Shown: positions 25,564-35,674, counted from the first letter of the stretch. The stretch is DNA of 50,497 nt from an uncultured Clostridia bacterium (GCA_944377765.1 CALWFX010000010.1:1-50497), one strand, 5' to 3'. Made by a program: numbers and translations. The notes: generated by a model not told the origin, from the letters alone.

Positions 25564-27552
25564 ATGAAAAATAATAATGAAAATAAGGAATATAAATTTG
25601 AGTTAGTTAGTAAATATCAGCCAGCAGGCGATCAGCCTAAAGCGATTGAAAAACTTGTGGAAGGACTTGAAGATGGTTTGAAAGAACAGGTTTTGTTGGG
25701 AGTTACTGGTTCTGGTAAAACTTTTACTATGGCAAATATTATTCAAAAAGTAAACAAGCCAACCTTGGTTATTGCTCACAATAAAACTTTGGCTGCGCAA
25801 CTTTGCAACGAGTTTCGAGAGTTTTTTCCAAACAATCGTGTGGAATATTTTGTTTCATATTATGATTATTATCAACCTGAAGCATATATTGTTTCAAGTG
25901 ATACTTACATCGAAAAAGATATGAGTGTGAACGATGATATCGACAAACTTCGTTCGTCTGCAACTTTTTCTCTTCTTGAAAGGCGCGATGTTATTGTTGT
26001 GGCGTCTGTTTCTTGCATCTATGGGTTAGGTATACCTGATGAATACTTAAAATTACACATTTCTCTTCGCCCCGGAGAAGAATATGACAGGGATGAATTG
26101 ATTAATGAGCTTATCAATATTCAATATTCCAGAAACGACATTGATTTTAAAAGAACAACTTTTCGCGTGAAAGGGGACACTATAGATATTTTTCCAGCAA
26201 ACCAATCTGAGTCTGCAATTAAAGTGCGTTTTTTTGGAGATGAAATTGAAAAAATTTATGAATTTGACCCAGTTACTGGAAATTTATTAAGAGAACTTAA
26301 TTATATTGCCATTTATCCTGCAACTCACTATGCTGTTGGTGGGGAAAGAATGAAAAATGCTCTTGCTCAGATTGAAGAAGATAGACTTAAGGCAATTGAA
26401 GATTTTAAAGAGCATGGCAAACCGCTTGAAGCAGAAAGAATTGGGCAACGAGTGGCATATGACGTTGAAATGATGCGTGAAGTTGGTTATTGCAGTGGAA
26501 TTGAAAATTATTCGCGATATTTTGATGGAAGAAAACCTGGTGAAGCACCATATACGCTTATTGATTATTTTCCAAATGATTTTTTAACCATAATTGACGA
26601 AAGCCATATGACAATTCCACAAATCAGGGCTATGTATAATGGTGACCAAGCAAGAAAAAAATCTCTTGTTGAATATGGTTTCAGGTTGGAAGCAGCAAAA
26701 GACAATAGACCATTAAAATTTGATGAGTTTGAAAAGAAATTGCGTCAAACAATTTTTGTCTCTGCAACACCGGGGAAATATGAACTTGAAAAAGCGGGGC
26801 AAGTTGTGGAACAGGTTATTCGTCCAACCGGTCTTCTTGACCCAACAATTGAAATTAAACCAATTAAAAATCAAATTGAAGTTTTGATGCAGGAATGTGA
26901 AAAAACTATTGCTCGTGGAGCAAGAGTTTTGGTTACAACTTTAACTAAAAAAATGGCAGAAAGTTTAACCACATATTTAAGTGACCATTCTTTTAAAGTG
27001 AAATACCTTCATAGCGAAATTGACACTATGGAAAGGGTGGAAATCATTAATGGACTTAGGCAGGGAGAGTTTGATATTCTTGTTGGTATCAATCTTTTAA
27101 GAGAAGGGCTTGATATGCCAGAGGTTGAACTTTGTGCCATTTTGGATGCCGACAAAGAAGGCTTTTTGAGAAGTGAAGGGGCTTTAATTCAAACTATTGG
27201 AAGAGTTGCAAGAAATGCAAATGGCAGAGTTATTATGTTTGCTGATAATATAACCGACAGTATGAAAAGGGCAATTGATGAAACAAACAGAAGAAGAAAA
27301 ATTCAAATGGAATTTAATAAAGAACATGGAATTGTTCCTAAAACAATTATCAAGGAAATTAAAAACACTTTGGAGATTGGAAAGAAAGTGAGTGATGATG
27401 AAATTAAAAGGCGTGATATTCCAACTGAAATTGACCGCTTAACATCAATGATGAAAATTGCTTCCAGTCAACTTGATTTTGAAAGGGCAATTGAACTTAG
27501 GAATAAAATTGCGGTTTTGAAAAAAAGATTAAATAAAAAAGAAAATATATAA
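25564..27552 (+). CDS. uvrB: excinuclease ABC subunit B
   Basis: 662 aa. The N-terminus [18 protein letters not shown]...[17 protein letters not shown]...[13 protein letters not shown] is typical, along with helicase motifs ([30 protein letters not shown]) and a C-terminal UVR domain. Confidence 0.97.
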   Translation: MKNNNENKEYKFELVSKYQPAGDQPKAIEKLVEGLEDGLKEQVLLGVTGSGKTFTMANIIQKVNKPTLVIAHNKTLAAQLCNEFREFFPNNRVEYFVSYYDYYQPEAYIVSSDTYIEKDMSVNDDIDKLRSSATFSLLERRDVIVVASVSCIYGLGIPDEYLKLHISLRPGEEYDRDELINELINIQYSRNDIDFKRTTFRVKGDTIDIFPANQSESAIKVRFFGDEIEKIYEFDPVTGNLLRELNYIAIYPATHYAVGGERMKNALAQIEEDRLKAIEDFKEHGKPLEAERIGQRVAYDVEMMREVGYCSGIENYSRYFDGRKPGEAPYTLIDYFPNDFLTIIDESHMTIPQIRAMYNGDQARKKSLVEYGFRLEAAKDNRPLKFDEFEKKLRQTIFVSATPGKYELEKAGQVVEQVIRPTGLLDPTIEIKPIKNQIEVLMQECEKTIARGARVLVTTLTKKMAESLTTYLSDHSFKVKYLHSEIDTMERVEIINGLRQGEFDILVGINLLREGLDMPEVELCAILDADKEGFLRSEGALIQTIGRVARNANGRVIMFADNITDSMKRAIDETNRRRKIQMEFNKEHGIVPKTIIKEIKNTLEIGKKVSDDEIKRRDIPTEIDRLTSMMKIASSQLDFERAIELRNKIAVLKKRLNKKENI

Positions 27553-27614
27553 ATTAATAAAAAGATATTGAAATTTTGCTGATTTTATGTTATTTTACTT
27601 ATAAGGAGCAAATT

Positions 27615-27974
27615 ATGAGTAATAATATTTTATTTAATGGAAAAAAACTTCAAAAATTGGAGATTGAATTTAAAGAAGATTTAGCTCCATACACATTTTG
27701 TTTATATGAAAATGGCGAAGATAATGCACTTGTTAAAAATTTAGCATGGGTAAATCATGCTTTTGGGGTTAGAATTGGAACAAGTGATTATCAAAATATG
27801 TCAAAATATCTTCAAAAACATGGTGGTTGGGGAATTTCAGGTGAATTTAATGGCAAAGAGCTTGAAATTAAAGTTGTTGTTGGTGGCAATTTAAGAAATC
27901 AAAAATTTAAAAATTTTAAAAGTGCTTTTAATAAACTTAAAGAACTTTCAAAAGAAAATACAATAACAATGTAG
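27615..27974 (+). CDS. hypothetical 119-aa protein inserted between uvrB and uvrA
   Basis: AAGGAG lies 7 nt before the ATG at 27615 (MSNNILFNGKK...). There is no terminator between it and uvrB, and a strong terminator follows it. No TM segment, signal peptide or recognisable family. Confidence 0.6.
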   Translation: MSNNILFNGKKLQKLEIEFKEDLAPYTFCLYENGEDNALVKNLAWVNHAFGVRIGTSDYQNMSKYLQKHGGWGISGEFNGKELEIKVVVGGNLRNQKFKNFKSAFNKLKELSKENTITM

Positions 27975-27988
27975 TTAAAGAAATTTAG

Positions 27989-28030
27989 GTAAACAAGTTA
28001 AAATTATAACTTGTTTACTTTTTATTTTTG
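27989..28030 (+). terminator. intrinsic terminator after the 27615-27974 ORF
   Basis: 12-bp perfect stem: gtaaacaagtta (27989-28000) pairs with taacttgtttac (28007-28018). Loop aaatta, then tttttatttttg. Confidence 0.75.
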
Positions 28031-28039
28031 TGGTATAAT
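28011..28039 (+). promoter_or_regulatory. extended -10 promoter abutting the uvrA start codon (near-leaderless arrangement)
   Basis: TTGTTT (28011-28016), 17-nt spacer, TGgTATAAT (28031-28039). The uvrA ATG at 28049 lies 9 nt after the -10 and there is no SD. Confidence 0.4.
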
Positions 28040-28048
28040 TATTATGCT

Positions 28049-30871
28049 ATGAAAAATTCAATTATAATTAAGGGTGCAAGGGAAAATAATCTTAAAAATA
28101 TCAACTTGACCTTGCCAAGAGATAAATTTATTGTTTTCACTGGTGTGAGTGGTTCAGGTAAGAGCTCACTTGCTTTTGGCACGATTTTTGCAGAAGGACA
28201 GAGAAAGTATATGGAAAGTTTATCTTCATATGCTCGTATGTTTTTGGGGCAAAGTCAAAAGCCAGATGTCGACTCCATTGAAGGACTTTCTCCTGCAATA
28301 TCCATTGACCAAAAAACAACAAATCATAATCCGCGTTCAACAGTTGGAACAGTAACTGAAATTTATGACTATTTACGTCTTCTTTACGCCAACATTGGAA
28401 CGCCATATTGTCCGCATTGCCATAGACAAATTAAACAGCAAACAATTGACCAAATTGTGGATAGCATAAAAGAATATGGAGAAGGAGCAAAAGTAACAAT
28501 TCTTGCACCTGTTGTTCGTGGTCAAAAAGGAACTCAAATTAAACTTTTGGAATCGTTAAAACGCAGTGGATTTGCAAGAGTGGAAGTTGACGGAACAACA
28601 TATATGCTTGATGACACAATTGACCTTGATAAAAATATTAAGCATAATGTCAATGTTATTGTGGATAGAATTACAATTAAAGATGGAAAAGATGCAAGGC
28701 TTGCTGGCAGTTTGGAAACAGCACTTAAACTTGCCGATGGGCTTGTGATTGCAAAGCAAGAAGATAAAGATGAACTTTTTTCAATCAATTATGCTTGTCC
28801 AACTTGTGGGTGGACTCTTGGGGAAATTACGCCAAGACTTTTCTCTTTCAATGCACCATATGGGGCTTGTCCAACTTGTTTAGGGCTTGGTTATAACGAA
28901 GATATTGATGAAAATGCTGTGCTTAAAAATTCAAATTTATCCATCAATCAAGGGGCTTTTAACATTACTGGGTGGAAAAGTGAAGAAGGAACAATGGCAA
29001 GAGCATATTTTGAAGCGTTGTCTAAAAAGTTTAAGATTGATTTAGATAAACCTGTTAAAGACCTGTCAAAAGAGAAGTTAAATATTCTTCTTTATGGTTC
29101 AGGCGAAGAAGAAATTGAAGTTGAAGTTATTAATGAACGAAATCGAAGATATGTTAAAACAACCTTTGAGGGTATTGTCAATAATTTAAGAAGAAGGTAT
29201 AAAGAAACAACAAGCGAATGGACCAAATTTGAAATTGGTCGTTTTATGCGTGAACAACCTTGTGTTACTTGTCATGGTAAAAGACTTAACGAAAGTGCTT
29301 TGGCTGTTAAGATTAATGGCAAAGATATTTTTGATGTTTGCAATGAAAGTGTTAAAAATTTAATTCCAATGATAAAAGATTTAAAACTTGACAAAACCAA
29401 GGCAAAAATTGCAGAGTCTATTGTTAAGGAAATTTTAAATCGTCTTCAGTTTCTGGAAGATGTTGGACTTAATTATCTCACTTTAAGTCGTTCAGCAGAC
29501 ACATTGTCAGGTGGCGAAGCACAAAGAATAAGGCTTGCCACACAAATTGGCAGTGGGCTTGTGGGTGTTTTGTATATTTTGGACGAACCTTCAATTGGGC
29601 TTCATCAAAGAGATAATGAAAAACTTTTAAAAACTTTAAAAAATTTAAAAGACTTAGGAAACACTGTCATTGTTGTTGAGCATGATGAAGACACAATAAG
29701 AGCAGCAGATTTTCTTGTTGATGTTGGTCCTTATGCTGGCGTGCATGGTGGCGAGATTGTGGCATCGGGAACAGTGGAACAGGTTATGAAAAATAAAAAT
29801 TCAATAACTGCAAAGTTTTTGCGTGGAGATGATAAAATTGAAACTCCAAGAACTCGACGAGTGCCAAAAGATTTTATTGAAGTTAAAGGAGCAAAAGAAA
29901 ATAATTTAAAAAATATCAATGTAAAAATTCCAACAGGGGTTTTTACTGCTGTGACTGGTGTTTCTGGAAGCGGAAAAAGTTCACTTATTAACAGAATTTT
30001 ATATCCATATTTATCCAACCTTTTAAATAATAGCAAGTTGCCACTTGGTAAATGTGACAAGATTGAAAATGTGGATGTGCTTGACAAGGTTATTTGTATT
30101 GACCAAGCACCAATTGGCAGAACTCCAAGAAGTAATCCTGCAACATACACAGGAGTCTTCACTGCCATAAGAGAACTTTTTGCTTCAACTGTGGATGCAA
30201 AAGTGCGTGGATATAATGCTGGGCGTTTTTCATTTAATGTTAAAGGTGGAAGGTGTGAAGCGTGCGAAGGGGCAGGTGTTAAAGAAATTGAGATGTATTT
30301 CTTGCCTGACATTACTGTGCCGTGTGAGATTTGTAAGGGTAAGCGCTATAATCGTGAAACTTTGGAAGTTAAATATAAAGGAAAAACAATTAGTGATGTT
30401 TTAGATATGACAGTGGAAGAAGCATTGAAATTCTTCGAAAATATTCCTTCCATTGTAAACAAATTACAATCGCTTTACGATGTTGGGTTGTCTTACATTA
30501 AACTTGGTCAACCTGCCACAGAACTTTCAGGTGGTGAAGCACAAAGAGTTAAACTTGCAACAGAATTATCTAAACGCGAAACTGGCAGAACAATGTATAT
30601 TTTGGATGAACCAACAACTGGACTTCATGTCTACGATATTAAAAAGTTGGTGGCAATTTTAAATAGGTTAATCGGCAATGGAAATTCTGTTGTTGTTATT
30701 GAGCATAATTTAGATGTTATTAAATGTGCTGACTATATAATTGACATGGGACCAGAAGGCGGAGATGAAGGGGGAACAGTTGTTATAACAGGAACTCCAG
30801 AAGAAGTTGCTAAATGTGAAAATAGTTATACAGGGCAATTTTTAAAGAAAATTTTAGATAATAATCAATAA
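28049..30871 (+). CDS. uvrA: excinuclease ABC subunit A
   Basis: [45 protein letters not shown] matches the UvrA N-terminus. There are two ABC ATPase units ([10 protein letters not shown] twice, LSGGEAQR twice, ILDEP twice) and zinc-finger Cys pairs (CPHC, CPTC...CPTC, CEAC...CEIC). The ORF-track start at 28028 is a TTG artefact. Confidence 0.97.
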   Translation: MKNSIIIKGARENNLKNINLTLPRDKFIVFTGVSGSGKSSLAFGTIFAEGQRKYMESLSSYARMFLGQSQKPDVDSIEGLSPAISIDQKTTNHNPRSTVGTVTEIYDYLRLLYANIGTPYCPHCHRQIKQQTIDQIVDSIKEYGEGAKVTILAPVVRGQKGTQIKLLESLKRSGFARVEVDGTTYMLDDTIDLDKNIKHNVNVIVDRITIKDGKDARLAGSLETALKLADGLVIAKQEDKDELFSINYACPTCGWTLGEITPRLFSFNAPYGACPTCLGLGYNEDIDENAVLKNSNLSINQGAFNITGWKSEEGTMARAYFEALSKKFKIDLDKPVKDLSKEKLNILLYGSGEEEIEVEVINERNRRYVKTTFEGIVNNLRRRYKETTSEWTKFEIGRFMREQPCVTCHGKRLNESALAVKINGKDIFDVCNESVKNLIPMIKDLKLDKTKAKIAESIVKEILNRLQFLEDVGLNYLTLSRSADTLSGGEAQRIRLATQIGSGLVGVLYILDEPSIGLHQRDNEKLLKTLKNLKDLGNTVIVVEHDEDTIRAADFLVDVGPYAGVHGGEIVASGTVEQVMKNKNSITAKFLRGDDKIETPRTRRVPKDFIEVKGAKENNLKNINVKIPTGVFTAVTGVSGSGKSSLINRILYPYLSNLLNNSKLPLGKCDKIENVDVLDKVICIDQAPIGRTPRSNPATYTGVFTAIRELFASTVDAKVRGYNAGRFSFNVKGGRCEACEGAGVKEIEMYFLPDITVPCEICKGKRYNRETLEVKYKGKTISDVLDMTVEEALKFFENIPSIVNKLQSLYDVGLSYIKLGQPATELSGGEAQRVKLATELSKRETGRTMYILDEPTTGLHVYDIKKLVAILNRLIGNGNSVVVIEHNLDVIKCADYIIDMGPEGGDEGGTVVITGTPEEVAKCENSYTGQFLKKILDNNQ

Positions 30872-30884
30872 TTTAAGGAGTAAA

Positions 30885-31667
30885 ATGAGAGTTTTTAATT
30901 TATCATCAGGCAGTGATGGAAATGCAACATATATTGAAACTGAAAATGCACGCATTCTTGTGGATGATGGTATTTCATGCAGTGAAACTCTTAAACGACT
31001 TGCACTTATTGGTGTGAAGGGTGAAGATATTGATGCGATTGTTGTAACGCATGAGCATTCTGACCATATCAAGGGGCTTGATGTTTTTTCAAAAAGATTT
31101 AACACTCCAATTTATGCACATAATGACGTTTGGGAAGGGCTATATAAAAAACTTTCCAAAGTAAAGGAAGAAAATATGCGTATTTTTACTGGAGATTTTG
31201 ACATTAAAGATTTGATTATTTCTCCAGTTGAAATTCCACATGATGTTAAATGTTTTGGATATTCCATACAAAATGAAAATAGTAAAGTCAGTTTGCTAAC
31301 AGACTTAGGACACACGAACGACAAAATTTTAAATAGCGTTCAAGGAAGTCAACTTGTCTATCTTGAAGCCAATCATGATTTGTCAATGCTCAGGAATTGT
31401 GAAAAATATCCACTTTCTCTTAGAATGCGAATTGCAGGCAAAAATGGGCATTTGTCGAATGATGCTTCGGCAGATTTTGCTGAAAAATTAGTTAAAACTG
31501 GAACAAAACAAATTGTTTTATCACATTTAAGCAGAGAGAATAATACGCCTGAACTCGCTTTTACTTACATATCAAATAAACTTGAAGAAAAAGGAATAAT
31601 AGAAGAGAAAAATGTTAGAATTGATGTTGCAACCATTTTTCCAACACGAATTTTTAAATTGAAATAG
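30885..31667 (+). CDS. MBL-fold metallo-hydrolase, YycJ/WalJ-like
   Basis: MRVFNLSSGSDGNATYIETENARILVDDG...VVTHEHSDHIKGL carries the HxHxDH motif and is colinear with B. subtilis YycJ. AGGAG precedes the ATG, which is 13 nt after the uvrA stop. Confidence 0.85.
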   Translation: MRVFNLSSGSDGNATYIETENARILVDDGISCSETLKRLALIGVKGEDIDAIVVTHEHSDHIKGLDVFSKRFNTPIYAHNDVWEGLYKKLSKVKEENMRIFTGDFDIKDLIISPVEIPHDVKCFGYSIQNENSKVSLLTDLGHTNDKILNSVQGSQLVYLEANHDLSMLRNCEKYPLSLRMRIAGKNGHLSNDASADFAEKLVKTGTKQIVLSHLSRENNTPELAFTYISNKLEEKGIIEEKNVRIDVATIFPTRIFKLK

Positions 31668-31698
31668 TAAAAGGCTTTTATAGTAAAAGCCTTTTTTA
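31668..31698. terminator. hairpin between convergent genes (MBL hydrolase on plus, radC paralogue 2 on minus)
   Basis: aaaaggctttta (31669-31680) pairs with taaaagcctttt (31684-31695), then TT. Confidence 0.6.
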
Positions 31699-31733
31699 TA
31701 AAATTTAAATATAATAATTCAATGTTTATAAGT

Positions 31734-32483
31734 TTAATTATCATCCATTTTTGTAATGCTGGAAATTAGGGTGCCATAAGTGTCAAATTTACGCGGAAAA
31801 CCTTTATTATATTCACTATAAATTCCATCAATGCCAACAATGTAACTATCAATTAAACTGCAATTAAAATCTTTGATTATTGATTCAATAAAAGCATTTG
31901 CATCAGCGTCATCTTGGGAAGGAAATGCTGAACCACCGGGATGATTATGTGCAATAACAAGGTAAAAAGGTTTGGCGGTTGCAAGAAATTCATATATTTG
32001 AATTGGGCTGATGCCAACTGATTCTTTACTTTTTCTATTAAATTTTCTTTTGTGAGTTAACATAAATTTATTGTTAAAAGCGAAAAAATAAAGAACTTCA
32101 GTTGTTTGAAAGCGTAAGGTCTGTTCAAGTAAATCAAGAAATTCACCTCGATTGTTTAAACTAATTTTTTTAGACATCTTTGAAGAAGAATAGTAAAAAA
32201 TAAGTTCACTGAATAGTTTTATCTTTTTTGCACTTCTGTCATTTATGCCTTTAACAGATTTTAAATCACTTTCGCAGGCATCAACAATATTACCAAAATT
32301 TTCAAATCTGTCGAGAAGCCTGTGCGCAAGTGGATTGACGTCTCCGCGTGGAAATATGTATGTTAAAAAGAACTCCACTGCTTGAACAGTGCTGACACAG
32401 TCAATGCCAGAATTATTAATTAAATCTGTTAGCCTTTCTCTGTGGCCTTCGTGGCTAACATCGGAATTTCTGTTATTTTCCAT
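31734..32483 (-). CDS. radC: RadC-family protein (HhH plus JAB/MPN domain), paralogue 2
   Basis: MENNRNSDVSHEGHRERLTDL...LTYIFPRGDVNPLAHRLLDRFENF...VKGINDRSAKKI. The JAMM motif is intact: HNHPGGSAFPSQDD. GGAGA lies 6 nt before the ATG at 32483, inside the end of fba. An alternative ATG at 32495 would overlap the fba stop as TGATG. Confidence 0.85.
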   Translation of the reverse strand: MENNRNSDVSHEGHRERLTDLINNSGIDCVSTVQAVEFFLTYIFPRGDVNPLAHRLLDRFENFGNIVDACESDLKSVKGINDRSAKKIKLFSELIFYYSSSKMSKKISLNNRGEFLDLLEQTLRFQTTEVLYFFAFNNKFMLTHKRKFNRKSKESVGISPIQIYEFLATAKPFYLVIAHNHPGGSAFPSQDDADANAFIESIIKDFNCSLIDSYIVGIDGIYSEYNKGFPRKFDTYGTLISSITKMDDN

Positions 32484-32494
32484 TCTTATCTCCA

Positions 32495-33418
32495 TCAAAT
32501 TTTATTTGCTGAATTAAACACATTTGCATTTTTGTCTGCCACAAAATTTGCAATTTCTTTTATTGCAACTTGGTTGAATTTTCTTAAATCAAAATTTTGT
32601 GGGTTTTCTGCAAGGTGTTTTCTAAGTGTTGCAAAATATGCAAGTCGAAGGTCTGTGTCTGTGTTTATTTTATAGATATTATGCTCTGTGCTTGCGGTTT
32701 GAAGTAATTTTTCATCAACTCCAACAGCACCTTCAATTTTTCCGCCATAATTATTGATAATTTCCACATATTTTTGTGGCACAGAAGATGCACCATGAAG
32801 AACAAGTGGAAAATTAGGAAGTTTTTCTTCAATTTCTTTAAGGATATCAAATCTTAAAGTGGATTTACCTTTAAACTTATATGCTCCATGACTTGTGCCA
32901 ATTGCAACAGCAAGACTGTCGCAGTTGGTTTTTTCAACAAATTCTTTTGCTTTAAGTGGGTTGGTAAAAATATTTTTATCTGACTTAACATTATCTTCAA
33001 TTCCTGCAAGCACGCCAAGTTCTGCTTCCACAAAAACATTTTTTTTGTGTGCATAGTCCACAACTTTTTTTGTAAGGGCAATGTTTTCTTCAAAAGGCAA
33101 ACTGCTTCCATCAATCATAACAGAATTAAAGCCAAGGTCAATAGCCTTTTTGCATATTTCAAAACTTTTGCCATGGTCGAGGTGTAAAAAGAAAGGAATT
33201 TCAGGAAATTCTTTTTTTGCACTATTAAAAATAGGAAGCACAAAATTTTCTCCCATATATTCCAAGGCTCCTTCGCTTACCGAAGCAAGAAAAGGTGATT
33301 TGCTTATTTTTGCACCTTGACAGATACCTTTCAACATTTCCATGTTGACAAAGTTGTATGCTCCAAGAGCATAATGATTTTTGATACTATCTTGCATATA
33401 AAATTTAAGGTCTTTCAT
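32495..33418 (-). CDS. fba: class II fructose-1,6-bisphosphate aldolase
   Basis: MKDLKFYMQDSIKNHYALGAYNFVNMEMLKGI...SPFLASVSEGALEYMG...FLHLDHG...LVLHGASS are class II FBA signatures. GGAGAAAAT precedes the ATG at 33418. The stop is TGA. Confidence 0.92.
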   Translation of the reverse strand: MKDLKFYMQDSIKNHYALGAYNFVNMEMLKGICQGAKISKSPFLASVSEGALEYMGENFVLPIFNSAKKEFPEIPFFLHLDHGKSFEICKKAIDLGFNSVMIDGSSLPFEENIALTKKVVDYAHKKNVFVEAELGVLAGIEDNVKSDKNIFTNPLKAKEFVEKTNCDSLAVAIGTSHGAYKFKGKSTLRFDILKEIEEKLPNFPLVLHGASSVPQKYVEIINNYGGKIEGAVGVDEKLLQTASTEHNIYKINTDTDLRLAYFATLRKHLAENPQNFDLRKFNQVAIKEIANFVADKNANVFNSANKI

Positions 33419-33518
33419 ATTTTCTCCATTATTCGATATTATTAGCATTATTTTACCACATTTTTTCTTTTTTACAAAAATAAATAATTATAAAATAAGA
33501 AAAAGAAAGGAGAAAAAT

Positions 33519-34187
33519 ATGTTTAAAAAAATTTTAGTAGCGTTATCAATGGTGATTGTATGTTTGAGTGTGGCAGGTTGCGGAAAAACAATCGAAAATT
33601 TTGTTAATGATAATATGTCGGAAGTGACAAAAACCTATTACCAAGGCGAAAGTGATAATTTTTATGCAACTTTAAGTGTGGGCGAAAGAGAAAAAGATTA
33701 TATTTATAATGGTCAAAGTACTGAAAGTGTGGATTTTATGTTGTTGACTTTAACTTTGAAAGAAGATATAAGGGATAAGATAATACATGTGCAGGTTACT
33801 AGTGGAGAAAATACTGTTAATGTTGAGACAGAGTTTAATAATTTAAGTAACACCTATATGGTTGATCTTGCTGGATTAATTGAAATTGCAGATAGTTTAA
33901 CAATAAGTTACGAAGGAGAAAATTTAATTTTATTAGATGTCTCTAAAGATTTTGTTATTGATTATCAAAAAGCAATCAATATTGCGTGTGAAAATTTAAG
34001 CGACAAACTTGAAGCATGTAAAAGTTACAACAATTTTAATGCTGAATGTTATTTAAGAGTTTTAAACCAAAAGCAAAATAATTTTGAAGACCTTTATTGG
34101 TGTTTTACTTGTTTAAATTATGAAGGTGAAAGTTTTTCAATTATAATTTCCACACTTGATGGCGAGATAATGGCGCAAAGTGAATAA
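33519..34187 (+). CDS. hypothetical lipoprotein
   Basis: AAAGGAGAAAAAT precedes the ATG. MFKKILVALSMVIVCLSVAGCGK is a signal peptide with lipobox V-A-G-C. No family recognised. Confidence 0.65.
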   Translation: MFKKILVALSMVIVCLSVAGCGKTIENFVNDNMSEVTKTYYQGESDNFYATLSVGEREKDYIYNGQSTESVDFMLLTLTLKEDIRDKIIHVQVTSGENTVNVETEFNNLSNTYMVDLAGLIEIADSLTISYEGENLILLDVSKDFVIDYQKAINIACENLSDKLEACKSYNNFNAECYLRVLNQKQNNFEDLYWCFTCLNYEGESFSIIISTLDGEIMAQSE

Positions 34188-34240
34188 TTAATCTAATTTT
34201 AAAATTATAAAAATCAATATAAATATCAATATTTTTAATA

Positions 34241-34306
34241 AAAATCTCATTTTTTCATAAAATTTTATTATTTTTGTGTTTTATGAAGAAATGAGTTTTT
34301 ATTTTG
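34241..34306 (+). terminator. long AT-rich hairpin between the lipoprotein gene and hflX
   Basis: aaaatctcattttttcataaaa (34241-34262) and ttttatgaagaaatgagtttt (34279-34299) are near-perfect inverted repeats (one indel, one mismatch), followed by ttatttt. It may terminate the lipoprotein gene. Confidence 0.45.
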
Positions 34307-34331
34307 AAAATTATTTAAAGTATGATATAAT
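34304..34331 (+). promoter_or_regulatory. extended -10 promoter abutting the hflX start codon (leaderless-type arrangement)
   Basis: TTGAAA (34304-34309), 16-nt spacer, TGaTATAAT (34323-34331). The hflX ATG at 34339 lies 7 nt after the -10 and there is no SD. Confidence 0.5.
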
Positions 34332-34338
34332 TTAAAAT

Positions 34339-35418
34339 ATGAGTAAAATATATGAAATAAAGCAAAATGAAATTGAAAAAGCTGTGGTGTTTTGTCCTAT
34401 TGAAAGAGATACGGATAAAGTTTTTCAATTTGCCGAAATTAAAAGATTGTGTTCATCTGCAAACTTGGAAGTGTTAAACATTTTTAGTCAAGATATTAAA
34501 GCCTTAAACAGAAGAACAATTATAGGCAGTGGCAAGGTTCAGGAAATAAAGGACTTTATTAACCAAAATGAAGTGGATGTTCTTGTTGTTGACTATAAAT
34601 TGACTGGTTCGCAACTTCGCAATTTGAGTGATGAACTTGGAGTGAAGGTTTTAGATAGGATACTTTTAATTATTGATATTTTTGCCTGCAATGCAAAGTC
34701 TAATGAGGGGAAAATTGAAGTTAAACTTGCACAAAACAAATATCTTTTAACAAGGCTTTCTTCTTTGCAAGGAACCCAAGGAAGATTTGGTGGTGCTGGT
34801 GTTGGAATGCGTGGACCGGGAGAAACAAAACTTGAACTTGACAGGCGTAAACTTGAAAATGAAATACTCTTATTAGAAAAAGATATTGAAAAAATCAAAA
34901 GAACAAGAGAGCAGAATAAAATTGCAAGAAAGCAAGCGGGAATTAAAAGTGTGGTAATTGGTGGTTATACCAATGCAGGAAAAAGTTCGCTGTTTAATTT
35001 GTTAACAAAAGATGACATCTATGTGAAAGATAAACTTTTTGCAACGCTTGAAACAACAAGTAGGCGTATGTTTTTAAAGGATGATAAGTTTTGTATTTTA
35101 ACCGACACTGTTGGTTTTATCAGTAAGTTACCGCATGAATTAGTGGAAAGTTTTGCATCCACTTTGGAAGAGATAAAAGGTGCAGATTTAATTTTGCATG
35201 TTGTTGATGTTTCAGATGTCAATTACAAGAAAAATATTGAAATAACAAATGAGATATTGGATGACATTGGTGCAACCAAAAATCGAATTGTTATACTCAA
35301 TAAAACCGATTTAATGGATAAGCCTTTTGAAATTAAAGAAGGAGAAATGCCTTTTTCTGTTATAAAGAAAACTAACTTAGATAAATTAAAAGAAATTATA
35401 TATCAGAAGTTGTTTTAA
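34339..35418 (+). CDS. hflX: GTPase HflX
   Basis: HflX N-domain motifs are present (GSGKVQEIKDFI, DRILLIIDIFACNAKSNEGKIEVKLAQNKYLLTRL, GMRGPGETKLELDRR). The G-domain has GYTNAGKSSLFN (G1), DTVGF (G3) and NKTD (G4). Confidence 0.92.
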   Translation: MSKIYEIKQNEIEKAVVFCPIERDTDKVFQFAEIKRLCSSANLEVLNIFSQDIKALNRRTIIGSGKVQEIKDFINQNEVDVLVVDYKLTGSQLRNLSDELGVKVLDRILLIIDIFACNAKSNEGKIEVKLAQNKYLLTRLSSLQGTQGRFGGAGVGMRGPGETKLELDRRKLENEILLLEKDIEKIKRTREQNKIARKQAGIKSVVIGGYTNAGKSSLFNLLTKDDIYVKDKLFATLETTSRRMFLKDDKFCILTDTVGFISKLPHELVESFASTLEEIKGADLILHVVDVSDVNYKKNIEITNEILDDIGATKNRIVILNKTDLMDKPFEIKEGEMPFSVIKKTNLDKLKEIIYQKLF

Positions 35419-35431
35419 ATATCTTATATTA

Positions 35432-35460
35432 AAAAATAACAGGTAGCACCTGTTATTTTT
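35432..35460. terminator. bidirectional hairpin between convergent hflX and the DUF1858 gene
   Basis: aaaaataacaggt (35432-35444) pairs with acctgttattttt (35448-35460), a 13-bp perfect stem with A/T runs on both sides. It overlaps the stop of the minus-strand gene. Confidence 0.7.
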
Positions 35461-35674
35461 TCTTTACATTTTCGTTAAGTTTTTTAAGAACAAAATCTGT
35501 GTCAACTCCATGCACAAGGCAGGCCTCTTCCACAGTTTCCATTTGGCTTACTGGACAAGATATACAATGCATACCAAACCCCATAAACACATCAGCAAGT
35601 TTTTCGTCAAGTTCTAAAACTTCTCCGATTGTCATATCTTTATTTATTATATTGCTTTTTTTATTGTCTTTCAT
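35453..35674 (-). CDS. DUF1858 / hybrid-cluster-protein-associated redox disulfide domain protein
   Basis: MTIGEVLELDEKLADVFMGFGMHCISCPVSQMETVEEACLVHGVD carries the characteristic GMHC-x-x-CP motif. AAGGAGA lies upstream of the ATG. Confidence 0.75.
   Translation of the reverse strand: MKDNKKSNIINKDMTIGEVLELDEKLADVFMGFGMHCISCPVSQMETVEEACLVHGVDTDFVLKKLNENVKKK

Noticed and set aside
29731-30312. 193-aa ORF antisense to uvrA.
   Set aside because: It lies entirely within the highly conserved uvrA coding region on the opposite strand. It has no SD and its sequence is low-complexity Ser/Leu/Pro-rich. This is a typical shadow ORF.
24299-32483. The inverted radC paralogues as boundaries of a mobile or invertible segment carrying uvrB-uvrA.
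   Set aside because: The paralogues differ at nearly every synonymous site, so there is no long identical DNA for recombination. There is no transposase, integrase, recombinase or terminal repeat, and the cargo is core DNA-repair genes.
1196-33448. ORF-track N-terminal extensions using upstream TTG, GTG or ATG codons (1196, 1700, 2927, 25145, 27576, 28028, 32498, 33448).
   Set aside because: In each case a downstream ATG has a properly spaced SD or a conserved N-terminus. Some extensions run through a terminator hairpin (1196) or a promoter -10 box (28028).
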